This document shows, in pieces, positions 8,691 through 18,813 of a stretch of DNA of 64,000 nt; position 1 is the first letter of the stretch, and every line of letters begins with the position of its first letter. The position numbers and the translations under genes were made by a program. The notes under the pieces were generated by a model. That model saw nothing but the letters and a program-made list of their open reading frames with translations, was not told where the DNA came from and did no database searches. Source of the stretch: Pseudomonadota bacterium (lineage in GTDB: Bacteria > UBA10199 > 2-02-FULL-44-16 > JBDRGF01); the NCBI GenBank assembly GCA_043818055.1, contig JBDRGF010000060.1:516-64515 (forward strand), in the 5' to 3' direction.

Positions 8691-9794
8691 TTACAAGCGC
8701 ATCGGCATGATGATATGTGCAAACCCCTTATCTGTTTCGCTCCTGATAACGCACGGAGAGGTGTCATCCCCCAAATCGAATGTTATCTTTTCATCCGGAA
8801 GCACAGAAAGGGCGTCCAAAAAATACTTGCCGTTGAAGCCGACATCGAAGGTCTCTCCTTTATAATCGACCTCGAGCATATCCCGGGCTTCGCCCATATC
8901 CGGATTGGAGGAGAGAAGCTCCAGATTTTTGGGTGAAAAGGTGAACTTCACCCCTCTCCCTCGCTCCATGGCCAGAACGGAGACAAGCTTCAAGGATTTG
9001 CATATAGCGTCCTTTGAAACGGTCGCCTTTTTCCGGGCAGTCTTGGGAATAACCTGTGAATATGGAGGGAACTGACCATCTATCAGTCTGATTATCAACT
9101 CAACTCCTTCATATCTGGCAACCGCATATTTTTCCGAAACCAGAAGATCTACACTCTCAGAATCCTCCAGAATTTTTTTAAGCTCACTCACCCCCTTCTT
9201 CGGTATGATGACCCCCGTCCTGGTCCCTATATCCCATTTCACAGGTATGTTTCGCTCCACTATCGAAAGACGGTGTCCATCCGTAGCGACCATCTTCAAT
9301 CCATCTGTTGTCTGTTCGAAGAGCACACCATTCAGATTGTATCTCGTCTCATCTGTGGACATTGCAAAGGCAGTTTTATCGAGCATCTCCTTCAGATCGT
9401 TTGAATGTATGCTCTGAAACTCTCCCTTTCCAACCTTAGGAAGGGCAGGAAAATCAGTCGAGGTCAGTCCCATGATCTTGAACTTGGCATCGCCACAGGT
9501 GATTTTGATGGAATAGTCGGAACCGACTTCAACTGTAATAAGAGATTCCGGAAGTTCCTTTATTATATCATAAAAACTGCGCGCATGAATGGTAACGCTC
9601 CCCTCTCTTAACACCTCAGCAGGAAGCGAGTACTTCATCCCGATTTCTAAATCGGTCGCAGTGAGAGTTAAGCTTTTGCCGGAGGCATTGATGAGAATAT
9701 TTGCCAATATAGGCATTGTCGTCTTTCTCTCAACTATACTTTGAAGCTTTGCCAATCCCTTTACGAGTTCATTTCTTTTAACTTTTAATTCCAT
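8691..9794 (-). CDS. dnaN: DNA polymerase III beta sliding clamp
   Basis: 367 aa, N-terminus MELKVKRNEL; located between dnaA and recF. Confidence 0.9.
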   Translation of the reverse strand: MELKVKRNELVKGLAKLQSIVERKTTMPILANILINASGKSLTLTATDLEIGMKYSLPAEVLREGSVTIHARSFYDIIKELPESLITVEVGSDYSIKITCGDAKFKIMGLTSTDFPALPKVGKGEFQSIHSNDLKEMLDKTAFAMSTDETRYNLNGVLFEQTTDGLKMVATDGHRLSIVERNIPVKWDIGTRTGVIIPKKGVSELKKILEDSESVDLLVSEKYAVARYEGVELIIRLIDGQFPPYSQVIPKTARKKATVSKDAICKSLKLVSVLAMERGRGVKFTFSPKNLELLSSNPDMGEARDMLEVDYKGETFDVGFNGKYFLDALSVLPDEKITFDLGDDTSPCVIRSETDKGFAHIIMPMRL

Positions 9795-10043
9795 TTGGTG
9801 GCTCCTTATCTTTATAATATAATATATAAATATAAATAGTAGTAGTAACAGGCCCTGTTGATACTGTTGATAACTGACTCAAAGCCCTGTCTATTAGATG
9901 TCCCCCTGGTTTAATAACATGTTCATAACTAAAAAAAACTATTAATAAGATTTAATAACTTTTTAATCTCATCTTTCTTCGATCGAGAATATGTGATTAT
10001 AAACTTTGTATCAACAGCTTTTCCACAGCAGCCTGTGGAAAAA
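9795..10043. other. dnaA-dnaN intergenic AT-rich region with degenerate DnaA-box-like 9-mers; candidate oriC/DUE
   Basis: Tandem TGTTGATAC and TGTTGATAA at 9856-9873. Palindromic TTTTCCACA (10010-10018) and TGTGGAAAA (10026-10034). AT-rich stretch at 9805-9840. Confidence 0.4.
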
Positions 10044-11381
10044 TCAAACCTCGAGAGAGCCTTCGATTTTAGAAATATCTATCTTCAACTCCTCGGAGCT
10101 TTGAAGCAGCCGCTCAATTTTTTTACAGGCATGCATAACCGTTGTGTGATCCTTTCCACCGAAATTTGTTCCTATCTCAGGAAAAGAGGTCTTTAATAAT
10201 TTTTTAGTGAGGTACATAGCTATCTGTCTTGGATAGGCCAAAACCTTAGTTCTACATGTGGATTTTAAATCTGCCACAGAGATGCTGTAAAAGTTGGCGA
10301 CGGTTCGTTGAATATCGCCGATTGTTATCTTTACCTTATTTTGGAATGGAATCAGGTTTTGAAGCACCTCTTTTGCAAAATCGACAGTGATCTTTGCCCC
10401 CGTCAACGAGGCAAAGGCATTTAATCTGATGAGGGATCCTTCCAACTCTCTAACGTTGTTTTTGATATTGGTTGCCAGATACATCGCTACATCGCCGGGA
10501 CATCTCAAACTGTCCGCCTCTGCCTTTTTCTGTAATATGGCTATTCTAGTCTCAAGATCAGGAGGTGCAATATCAGCGATGAGTCCCCATTCAAACCTCG
10601 ACCTCAAACGCTCCTCAAGTCCCCGGATCTCCTTTGGGAATCTATCAGACGTTATCACTATCTGTCTTTGTGATTCGTGAAGCGCGTTGAAGGTGTGGAA
10701 GAACTCATCCTGGGTCCGCTCCTTTCCAGCGATGAATTGTACGTCATCTATGAGCAGGACGTGACATTTATCACGGAACTTTTTTCTAAACTCCGGCATC
10801 CTTTCGAACCTGATTGAGGTGATCAGCTCGTTCATGAAGCGCTCGCCGGAAAGATATAGCACAGCGATGTCCGGGTATTTTTTCCTGACTTCTATTCCTA
10901 TTGCATTGAGAAGATGTGTTTTTCCGAGCCCCACTCCGCCGTAGATGAAGAGCGGGTTATAGCGCCCACCTGGGAGATCGGCCACAGCCTTGCATGCTGC
11001 GTGGGCGAATTGATTGGAGCTTCCAACCACAAAGCTTTCGAAGGTTAAACGTGAGATGAGACCCGAGGAGTTAATCTGATCCCTCATCGCTTGAGACTGA
11101 GGAACGAAGATCTCCCGATTGATTGGCTGAGCCTCTTCGGGCGCAGCACTGATCTCGTAGGTGACGCGAAGATTCTTTCCTGTGATATCCTTGAGCGTCT
11201 GGGATACAAGATCCCTATAAAAATCGTTGATCCAGTCACCTACAAACTTATTGGGAATCAAAATTACAAACTTATCCCCAGAAATCGTCACATCCTCGAT
11301 TTGATTAAACCATGTGTTGTAGTTTAACTCGCTGATTTTACACTTTATTTTAGACTTTAAGGAAGAAAGTAATTCGTTCAT
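10044..11381 (-). CDS. dnaA: chromosomal replication initiator DnaA
   Basis: AAA+ Walker A GGVGLGKTHLLNAIG; C-terminal DNA-binding domain; 445 aa. Confidence 0.95.
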   Translation of the reverse strand: MNELLSSLKSKIKCKISELNYNTWFNQIEDVTISGDKFVILIPNKFVGDWINDFYRDLVSQTLKDITGKNLRVTYEISAAPEEAQPINREIFVPQSQAMRDQINSSGLISRLTFESFVVGSSNQFAHAACKAVADLPGGRYNPLFIYGGVGLGKTHLLNAIGIEVRKKYPDIAVLYLSGERFMNELITSIRFERMPEFRKKFRDKCHVLLIDDVQFIAGKERTQDEFFHTFNALHESQRQIVITSDRFPKEIRGLEERLRSRFEWGLIADIAPPDLETRIAILQKKAEADSLRCPGDVAMYLATNIKNNVRELEGSLIRLNAFASLTGAKITVDFAKEVLQNLIPFQNKVKITIGDIQRTVANFYSISVADLKSTCRTKVLAYPRQIAMYLTKKLLKTSFPEIGTNFGGKDHTTVMHACKKIERLLQSSEELKIDISKIEGSLEV

Positions 11382-11387
11382 AAAATG

Positions 11388-11408
11388 TTATCCACATATT
11401 TATCCACA
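11388..11408. promoter_or_regulatory. two perfect DnaA boxes TTATCCACA (11388-11396 and 11400-11408)
   Basis: Exact consensus 9-mers immediately upstream of the dnaA start. Confidence 0.75.
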
Positions 11409-11520
11409 GGTGTTGATAAGCAAAGTTGATATTGTTCATAAATCAGTTGCCATTTAGGATTGCAAGCAAATTTTATTAAGAGATACGTATTAAAAGAATA
11501 AGCTTGACTTTAAAGGCAGT

Positions 11521-11670
11521 TTATAGTGCTTAGTGCAAAGTGTTTAGTGACGGGAAAGAAAACTAACGTATTGAATTTAATGAGAAAAGCAGGTTAAGGT
11601 GTCCGGTGTTATGGGTAGGGATAAAAGTTGTAAAACTAAGCACTAAGCACTAAGCACTATACACTAAAAA
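11521..11670. repeat. inverted arrays of heptamer repeats (TAGTGCT x4, then ACTAAGC x3 plus degenerate units) flanking a 75-bp spacer
   Basis: Seen directly, upstream of rpmH and within the dnaA-rpmH intergenic region. Confidence 0.55.
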
Positions 11671-11692
11671 CTGTTTTTAACGAGGTTTAATC

Positions 11693-11827
11693 ATGAAGAG
11701 AACGTTTCAGCCAAGCAACATCAAGATGAAGAGAAAACATGGCTTTAGGGCAAGGATGAGCACTGCCGGTGGGCGCAAGGTTATCAACAACAGGCGCCGC
11801 AAGGGAAGGGCAAAGCTTTCTGCTTAA
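11693..11827 (+). CDS. rpmH: 50S ribosomal protein L34
   Basis: Manual translation [44 protein letters not shown] (44 aa). The ORF is too short to appear in the ORF track. Confidence 0.9.
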   Translation: MKRTFQPSNIKMKRKHGFRARMSTAGGRKVINNRRRKGRAKLSA

Positions 11828-11835
11828 AGGGGGCT

Positions 11836-12195
11836 ATGCTTACCTTTTCCCGCTGTGATAGGGTGTTGTCCTCCTCGGATTTCCTGAAGGTTAAAAAGAC
11901 AGGCGTCTCAATATCAAGTGGAAAACTAAAGATCGCATTTCTCAAAGGCAAGAGCAAAAGACTGGGTACGGTTGTCGGCAAAAGTTGCGGCAGCGCCCCA
12001 AAGAGAAACAGGATAAAAAGGATTGTAAGGGAACACTTTCGTCTGAACCGGGATCTCTATCCACAAGGAGATGTAGTTGTGATAGCGATGTCGGGCGCGC
12101 AAAGCCAGACCAACGAGGAGTTAAGGGCAACGCTCTTTAAGGGTTTGTTGTTGTTATCGGCAAAAAGAGAGAAGGCCTCTTGTTTAAAAGAATAG
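11836..12195 (+). CDS. rnpA: ribonuclease P protein component
   Basis: 119 aa basic protein immediately after rpmH; conserved arrangement. Confidence 0.85.
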   Translation: MLTFSRCDRVLSSSDFLKVKKTGVSISSGKLKIAFLKGKSKRLGTVVGKSCGSAPKRNRIKRIVREHFRLNRDLYPQGDVVVIAMSGAQSQTNEELRATLFKGLLLLSAKREKASCLKE

Positions 12196-12413
12196 CAGTG
12201 ATGATGATAAGGTTTTATCAGCTTTCCATCTCTCCCTTTATGGGTGGTTGCTGTCGGTTTTATCCAAGCTGTTCTCATTACGCGCTCATCGCATACGAAA
12301 AAAGAGGTTTTGTTGAGGCAACAATTTTAGTAATAAAGAGGCTCTTAAGGTGTGGGCCGTGGCATGATGGGGGCGTTGATTTTTTAGCCACAGAAAATAA
12401 TAAAAATAATTGA
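12180..12413 (+). CDS. yidD: membrane protein insertion efficiency factor YidD
   Basis: YQLSISPFMGGCCRFYPSCSHYA motif. Confidence 0.85.
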   Translation: MFKRIAVMMIRFYQLSISPFMGGCCRFYPSCSHYALIAYEKRGFVEATILVIKRLLRCGPWHDGGVDFLATENNKNN

Positions 12414-12464
12414 TTTAGCAACATTCACAGGAAAGTTGCGATAATAGATGAAAAGAGGAGAGTT

Positions 12465-14150
12465 ATGGGTGATCACAAAAGAATAATTTTACTGGTCGTT
12501 TTAAGTGCCGTTGTTATGTTTGCCTGGTCGCATTTTTTCAAGCCAGCGCCAGTGAGTGATACGAAAACACCCGCAGCCCAGCAGGTTGTAGAACAATCTA
12601 AAGAGATGCCGGTAGAGAGCGCCGCTACGATAAAATCACAGGGAGCATTTGATCCACAGAAGGAGATTCCCATCACAGAGGTTGTTATAGAAAACGCACT
12701 CTATGCTGTGACGATATCTTCTGAGGGGGCTCTCCCGACAAGCTTTAAACTCAAAAATTACAGGGTGGAGGCAGGTGATAAAAGCCCACTTTTGGACTTA
12801 GCTAAAACGAAGAATCAGGAAACCCTTGCAATGGCGCTTTTTTCTCTTGGTGATGTGGGAATACCAGAAAAGCCGAGGTTTAAAGTTGTTTCATCGACGA
12901 CCGACGAAGCGACATTCAGCTGGAGGAATTCGAAGATAGAGCTGATCAAGAGATATAAGTTTAAAGAGGGAAACTACCTCTTCGATGTGGAAGCCGAGGT
13001 GAAAAATCTCACATCGAGTCCTATAGTTGTTAATCCCTCTATGACGTTTGCAGGAGATGCCTATCCAAAAGAATCATCCGGAATACTTGGCATGTTTAAA
13101 CAACCTCCTGTGACAAATGAAAATCCCGTTTACTCTCTCAACAGAAAGGTTGAGAGGGAGACGAATGTTTTCAAGCTTCCCGATGAAAAGGCCTTCACAG
13201 GCGCTATCTCCTGGGCAGGCTTAGAGGATCGCTATTTCATGACGACCGTGATTCCCCGCACAATCACCGATTCTGAAAAGCTCATCATCAGCAGTCGTGA
13301 CATTCCTGATGGAGAGAAACCCGGCAAGCTCATCACCGCCTCCCTTTCGAACGCGGGCGTTCAAATTCCAGGAAGTGGGTCAAAGACTTTTGCATATAGC
13401 GTCTACGCCGGCCCTAAAGATATCGATCTTTTGAAAGCGGTCGGTGTCGGGCTGGAAAGCGCGATCGATTTCGGCTGGTTTTCACTTATAGCGGTTCCGA
13501 TACTTTATCTACTGAGATTTTTCTACACGCTGGTCGATAGCTGGGGCATCTCGATCATCCTTCTCACGATTTTTATCAAAATAGTTTTATATCCTATCAC
13601 GAAAAAATCGATGAAGTCGATGAAGGCGATGCAGAAGTTGCAGCCGCAACTTAAGGAGCTGCAAAAGAAGTATAAGGGTGACAAGAAGAAGATCCAGGAG
13701 GAGACGATGCGGCTCTTCCAGACCCACAAGGCAAACCCGATGGGTGGATGTCTGCCGATGCTTCTGCAGTTTCCGATCTACATAGCTCTTTATAAAGTGC
13801 TGTGGAATTCAACCGAGCTCTATCACGTTCCATTTTTATATTACCCCGACCTGTCAGCCTCAGATCCATATTTCATCACTCCGGTATTGATGGGAGTCTT
13901 CATGTTCCTGCAACAGAGGATGATGCCATCGACGAGTGCTGATCCTACGCAGCAGAAGATGATGATGATCATGCCGGTCATGTTCACGGTCTTCATGCTC
14001 TTCCTGCCGGTGGGTCTCGTGCTCTATATCCTGATCAGCACCGCAGCAGGAGTAATTCAGCAGGTGATGTACAATAACAACATCCGCGTCAGAGATCTCG
14101 TCAGAGGCAAAGTGAGCTGGAAGAAGTTTTTAGGAAAGAGCCTGGCGTAA
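12465..14150 (+). CDS. yidC: membrane protein insertase YidC
   Basis: 561 aa; periplasmic domain followed by a 5-TM C-terminal domain. Confidence 0.9.
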   Translation: MGDHKRIILLVVLSAVVMFAWSHFFKPAPVSDTKTPAAQQVVEQSKEMPVESAATIKSQGAFDPQKEIPITEVVIENALYAVTISSEGALPTSFKLKNYRVEAGDKSPLLDLAKTKNQETLAMALFSLGDVGIPEKPRFKVVSSTTDEATFSWRNSKIELIKRYKFKEGNYLFDVEAEVKNLTSSPIVVNPSMTFAGDAYPKESSGILGMFKQPPVTNENPVYSLNRKVERETNVFKLPDEKAFTGAISWAGLEDRYFMTTVIPRTITDSEKLIISSRDIPDGEKPGKLITASLSNAGVQIPGSGSKTFAYSVYAGPKDIDLLKAVGVGLESAIDFGWFSLIAVPILYLLRFFYTLVDSWGISIILLTIFIKIVLYPITKKSMKSMKAMQKLQPQLKELQKKYKGDKKKIQEETMRLFQTHKANPMGGCLPMLLQFPIYIALYKVLWNSTELYHVPFLYYPDLSASDPYFITPVLMGVFMFLQQRMMPSTSADPTQQKMMMIMPVMFTVFMLFLPVGLVLYILISTAAGVIQQVMYNNNIRVRDLVRGKVSWKKFLGKSLA

Positions 14151-14206
14151 ATAAAAGCAGCATGTAGTGCAGAGCATGTGGCATGTGGGCAAAAGACAAC
14201 GCAAAT

Positions 14207-14253
14207 AAAAAGCCCCCGATATTTGATTAAAAATATTCGGGGGCTTTGTTTTG
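14207..14253. terminator. bidirectional rho-independent terminator
   Basis: Hairpin AGCCCCCGATATTTGATTAAAAATATTCGGGGGCT flanked by A-runs and T-runs, between yidC and the FHA gene. Confidence 0.65.
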
Positions 14254-14266
14254 TGTGAGGAGTTTA

Positions 14267-15841
14267 TTATTTCAGGTGTGCTCTGCGATCGTTAGGTTTG
14301 ACGAGCCTTATCCTCATCATTATCATTTCACCGTTTCCTATAATTCTTAAATCATCCCCATCTTCGAGTTGATTTGAAAGATTATGGGAAAGAGGGAAGT
14401 AGAGCTTTGTTCCATGTTTTCTGATATAGAGCTGATTTTTTGCTCCCAGGTCAGCGACAAAAGAGCTTCCATCAGCTTTGAAAATAAGCTTTGCGTGTTC
14501 GCGGGAAACATAGTCTCTATCGATAGTCAGACGGTTGCCAGTCTGAGCAATGGCCGAATTGCGACCAAAAACAAATTCATTATTTCCTGAAGCTGCAATC
14601 GAAAGAAATCCCAGCGCCTCTGTTTTTTCCCCATCTTTTTTTGTAGCTATCTGTAGATAGCCAAGTACCTCTCCCATTGGGCTGTGCTGATTTGGCACTA
14701 CCCCATTTCCCAATCCGTTGTCTGTAAATGGGGTTGTTCCTTTCGGGATGATTGGATAGACGATATCTTTTATCGAGAAGGCTACTGTTTGCTCGGGTTG
14801 ATGGAGAACTTGAACATCTGGATCGTCAGGGCTTAGCTCGGTTACATTTTCAACCACCGTTTGATCACTTTTTAGCTTACGTGCATCTATAACGTGAACC
14901 CCTTTAGCTACGGGATTCACATATCCATGAACAATCCGTGTACTGTTTAGATCGATCATAATAGTCCTGGTTGGAAGCTGTTTCATCTCTTCTGTGGTGA
15001 ACATAAATTGAACACCACCAAGCGTGACAAGCTCTGGAACTTCCAAGGCAAAACGTTCAGATTTCATCGGAGTATCTTCATCGGAAGAGACTGTTCCACG
15101 CTCAATTACAAGCGCAAAACCTCTTCCATCGAATTGAAAGTGTGCTCGTGGTGCAGCACCGAGGAGCACAGGGACACCATATTCAAATGAAAACGTGCCG
15201 CCGAGAGCACTTTCCAAGATGCTCTGTACGGTGTATTCTCGGGGGTTGCTTGAGGCTGGGATAAATTCTGTGCCGGTATCGGTATGTCTCAGTATTCTAC
15301 TAGGAAGCTCCTTTGCGAGATTTAATTTTGGGGCTTTATTTGGATCGATGAGATTAACCCTAAATTTAGGGCCATCTCCAATGGAGATCAGCGAACCCTC
15401 ATCTATAAATACCCACTGATTTTCATGTAGGAGGGCTCCATTTACAAAGATCACATCTGCCACGTTTGCCTTTATCGCGGTCCCATCTAGTTTCATCGTC
15501 CCTGATTTTCCTTGATAATAAATATTTCCCAAAACAACCGGCATTTCTGATGAAATGGGCAGCTCTATAGCATGTGAAGGGTTTTTTCCTATCAAGAAGT
15601 TCTGCTTTGGACCGGAGGGAATTAAAAGATCAACGGCGCCAACATCAACATGAAATTTTCCTAACCCCAAAGCAGGTTTGCCATGAAACGCATTAAGCGC
15701 AAAACAATCTATCCTGTGTGGCGTTCCATCCAACTCAAATTGTGAACGATCTCCGGCCGGATTTTTTTCAAAAGGGGAAGGGCTTTGTACTGTCGGCATA
15801 GGGACATGCGGATTAAAAGAAATTCCAAAATTACCACTCAT
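14267..15841 (-). CDS. FHA-domain protein with a large unknown N-terminal region
   Basis: C-terminal FVFGRNSAIAQTGNRL...SREHAKL...ADLGAKNQLYI is FHA-like. Confidence 0.6.
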   Translation of the reverse strand: MSGNFGISFNPHVPMPTVQSPSPFEKNPAGDRSQFELDGTPHRIDCFALNAFHGKPALGLGKFHVDVGAVDLLIPSGPKQNFLIGKNPSHAIELPISSEMPVVLGNIYYQGKSGTMKLDGTAIKANVADVIFVNGALLHENQWVFIDEGSLISIGDGPKFRVNLIDPNKAPKLNLAKELPSRILRHTDTGTEFIPASSNPREYTVQSILESALGGTFSFEYGVPVLLGAAPRAHFQFDGRGFALVIERGTVSSDEDTPMKSERFALEVPELVTLGGVQFMFTTEEMKQLPTRTIMIDLNSTRIVHGYVNPVAKGVHVIDARKLKSDQTVVENVTELSPDDPDVQVLHQPEQTVAFSIKDIVYPIIPKGTTPFTDNGLGNGVVPNQHSPMGEVLGYLQIATKKDGEKTEALGFLSIAASGNNEFVFGRNSAIAQTGNRLTIDRDYVSREHAKLIFKADGSSFVADLGAKNQLYIRKHGTKLYFPLSHNLSNQLEDGDDLRIIGNGEMIMMRIRLVKPNDRRAHLK

Positions 15842-15928
15842 ATGAGACCTCCTTGAAGTTAAGATAGTTGTTCTTTTATCGGTATTTTCTTAAAAAGGTT
15901 GCTAGTTTTTTACGTTGTTAGAAATTGT

Positions 15929-17590
15929 TTAAAAGTGGGAGACCAACAAAATTCCGAGATCTTTTAGTTTACCCTTCGTTGCTGATTTTATTATTCTTTC
16001 TAAGTCAGATTTGTCTAGTTTTGAAACGTCAAAGCCTCTTCGTTTGAGGTTTTGCAGGGTTTGTCCAAGCACTCTGCCGACGAGCTTCATATTCATATTA
16101 TCTTTAGCAAACTTGTCAATCAGAGGTATATGGTTTGAAAGTGAGAGGTTGTCGATAGTGTCTTTAGGTAGACCATATTTTCTAAAGCGTGCTTCAACTG
16201 TATATGTGGGCTCGGGGAGCTTATTTTTAATTTCTTCAACTCGCGAGGACTCTATTTTTACCGGTGGGTGATCTGTGTCAGGATACATCCTCTCTGCGCC
16301 GGGGAGAATTCTTTCGAATTCGGTGAGCCCTGCTTTGCAGGCCTTTCTGGTTTCGTTAGGGACGCCATCATATGCCTCGAGAATCCTGTTTTTTATCTCA
16401 TCAGTCGCTGTGATAGTATCGGCAGCATCGCCCCAGACGATCGCGACCACATCCTCATCGCCCCTTCCCATTGCCCTTGTCAATTTACGAAAGTCGATAT
16501 CATCCCCTGAATATGTGGGATAGTTATCTGTGTGGAAGATGTTGGGGAGGGAATCCAAACAGGCGATCACCCTCACGCGCCCTGAGAGTTCATGGGCAAA
16601 AGTCTTTCCCGGCTGTGTCGGCCAGTTGAAGAGGCCACTCCAGCCGCAAATTTTTATTGCATGAATGTTTTTACCTTGGCCAAGCGCCCTCTGCATCTGC
16701 TCGTTTTTTGTATTGTTGAAGATCTCAGTGACATCCTCTTCATGAATAGCAAGGCCATCTTTTCTGAGGAAACGTTTTTGTAATTCGTCGCGAAGATCGA
16801 GGAGAGCCTTTTGCCTCAAGGCCTCGATGCGCGTGAGGGCTGGGATCAGCTGGTAGCGGGGAACTCCCTTGATTTCTACACGTGAGCCTCCCGCAATCGA
16901 CACATTTACATCCTGTCTCACCGAACCTATTCCGCGCCTTATGTTTTTCGATGATCGAAGAAGCCTGCCGATATGTTTGACGCCGCGGCCTGCCTCGTCA
17001 GGCGTTTTAAAACAGGGGGCGGTTACGACCTCGATCAAAGGTGTTCCCAGCCTGTCCGTACGAAACTTGATGAGATGCCCTGAATTTTCCACCTCCCTGC
17101 ACGAATCCTCCTCGATAGAGAGCTGATAAACTTCTATTTCCCTCCCTTCGAACGGGACCTTTCCATTTATACCGACGATCCCCGTCCTCTGAAACCCGGT
17201 CGGAATCGAACCGTCGAGGTATTGTTTGCGGGCGATATGCATCTCATCGACGATCGAACAGTTGGTGAGCAGTGCCAGCTCTATTGCAATATCAAGGGCT
17301 TGCGGGTTGATCAAAAATGGCGGGGTGTCATCAAGGTCATAAGTACAGACCGACTCCTTGTTGAGCAGATAGAGGATCTCCTTTTTGGTCTTAAATTCCA
17401 TGAGGGCGCAGCCGTCATAAAAACCCATTTCGGAGAGGGTAGGCCTCATATGGCGCAGGACTTCAGCATGATGGTTTTTTGAATATCTGCCGGCCGGACA
17501 CCTGCAGAAGAGTTTTTTATCGGTCAGGAGCTGTTGATGAATCTCCACACCGCATTTGAAGCCAAGATTTTTGAGTTCATCATTAGACAT
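15929..17590 (-). CDS. GatE-like Glu-tRNA(Gln) amidotransferase subunit E homologue (archaeal type)
   Basis: GVEIHQQL...KLFCRCP...FQRTG...RLGTPLIEVVT...RQDVNVSI...RVEIKGV tracks the archaeal GatE core. Confidence 0.6.
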   Translation of the reverse strand: MSNDELKNLGFKCGVEIHQQLLTDKKLFCRCPAGRYSKNHHAEVLRHMRPTLSEMGFYDGCALMEFKTKKEILYLLNKESVCTYDLDDTPPFLINPQALDIAIELALLTNCSIVDEMHIARKQYLDGSIPTGFQRTGIVGINGKVPFEGREIEVYQLSIEEDSCREVENSGHLIKFRTDRLGTPLIEVVTAPCFKTPDEAGRGVKHIGRLLRSSKNIRRGIGSVRQDVNVSIAGGSRVEIKGVPRYQLIPALTRIEALRQKALLDLRDELQKRFLRKDGLAIHEEDVTEIFNNTKNEQMQRALGQGKNIHAIKICGWSGLFNWPTQPGKTFAHELSGRVRVIACLDSLPNIFHTDNYPTYSGDDIDFRKLTRAMGRGDEDVVAIVWGDAADTITATDEIKNRILEAYDGVPNETRKACKAGLTEFERILPGAERMYPDTDHPPVKIESSRVEEIKNKLPEPTYTVEARFRKYGLPKDTIDNLSLSNHIPLIDKFAKDNMNMKLVGRVLGQTLQNLKRRGFDVSKLDKSDLERIIKSATKGKLKDLGILLVSHF

Positions 17591-17766
17591 AAAGGATCAT
17601 CTAGTGTGACGGATGGTTTGGGTCAATAGGAAAAAAGATCATGTGGCATGTGGAAAACCCCGTTAAACCGATTTTTGTCTACATACTACATGCCACATGC
17701 GCCTTTGTTTCTATTGCTAGAACACTATTCCTAAGTTATTATAGGCGTCCAACAAAGGAGAAAATT

Positions 17767-18795
17767 ATGACAGAGCATAGTAAAAAAATAATGGAGGGGG
17801 CCAGACAGGCCGTCTTAAATTGTGTAAAGTTAAAGGAGGGGGAGGGGGTTGTTATAATAACCGACCTTGAGACCGAGGCGCTCGCTGAGGCGATAGAGAA
17901 GGTTGCGAGTGAATTGACAAATGATATCCATCTCTTTGTGATGGAGGATTTTGGCGATCGATCCGAGGATGGGTCGGATCCGCTTGAATTTCCACGCGAG
18001 ATTGTAGAGGCGATGAGAACATCGAAAGCTAGCTTTTATATCGCTCAGGGAAAGCCCGGGGAACTCAAAACTTTCAGAAGACCGATGCTCAAGTTTGTCG
18101 AGGAATTTAAACTCAAACATGCTCACATGATAGGCTTTGAGGAGAAGATGATGGAGGAGGGGATGGCCGCCGACTACAAGGCGATTCAGGCGCTCTCTTT
18201 GAAGGTTTATAATGAAGTGAAACATGCGAAAAAGATTCGCGTCACCACGCCATCAGGCACCGATATCACGGCCGAGTTTTCCCCCGATTATAAGTGGCAC
18301 ATTTCCGATGGAGATATTCGACCACTTCATTGGATGAACCTCCCCGACGGCGAGGTCTTCACCGCCCCTAAGAGTGTCAATGGCCATGTCGTGATCGATG
18401 GGACGCTTGGAGATTACTTCAGTGAGAAGTATGGCTCGCTTGATAAAAACCCTGTAGAATTTGATCTCAAGGAGGGGGAGGCAGTTAAGGGAAGCATTAA
18501 GTGTAAAAATGAAGAGCTCAAAAATGATTTAGAAAAATATGTCTTCGGTGGAGTTGAAAATGCCGAGAGGGTGGGGGAATTTGCGATTGGGACAAATATC
18601 GGTCTTGACCACCTGATCGGAAATCTATTGCAGGACGAAAAATTCCCGGGCGTTCATATCGCCCTTGGCGATTCTTATCCCGACAAGACCGGCGCCCCCT
18701 GGCATTCAGAGCATCACATCGATGGCGTGATGAAGAACACAACGATCATCGTTGACGATAAGCCGCTCATGAAGGATGGGCTGTTTTTAATTTAA
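17767..18795 (+). CDS. M29-family aminopeptidase (AmpS/PepS-like)
   Basis: Overall resemblance to thermophilic metalloprotease M29. Start moved to ATG 17767, which has an AAGGAG RBS. Confidence 0.5.
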   Translation: MTEHSKKIMEGARQAVLNCVKLKEGEGVVIITDLETEALAEAIEKVASELTNDIHLFVMEDFGDRSEDGSDPLEFPREIVEAMRTSKASFYIAQGKPGELKTFRRPMLKFVEEFKLKHAHMIGFEEKMMEEGMAADYKAIQALSLKVYNEVKHAKKIRVTTPSGTDITAEFSPDYKWHISDGDIRPLHWMNLPDGEVFTAPKSVNGHVVIDGTLGDYFSEKYGSLDKNPVEFDLKEGEAVKGSIKCKNEELKNDLEKYVFGGVENAERVGEFAIGTNIGLDHLIGNLLQDEKFPGVHIALGDSYPDKTGAPWHSEHHIDGVMKNTTIIVDDKPLMKDGLFLI

Positions 18796-18813
18796 TAGAA
18801 TTGGAGGAAAAAC

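Noticed and set aside
14267-15841. FHA protein as a divergent GatD partner for the GatE-like gene
   Set aside because: It has no asparaginase-like threonine motifs (TGGTIA/GxxxT) and no GatD-like domain order.
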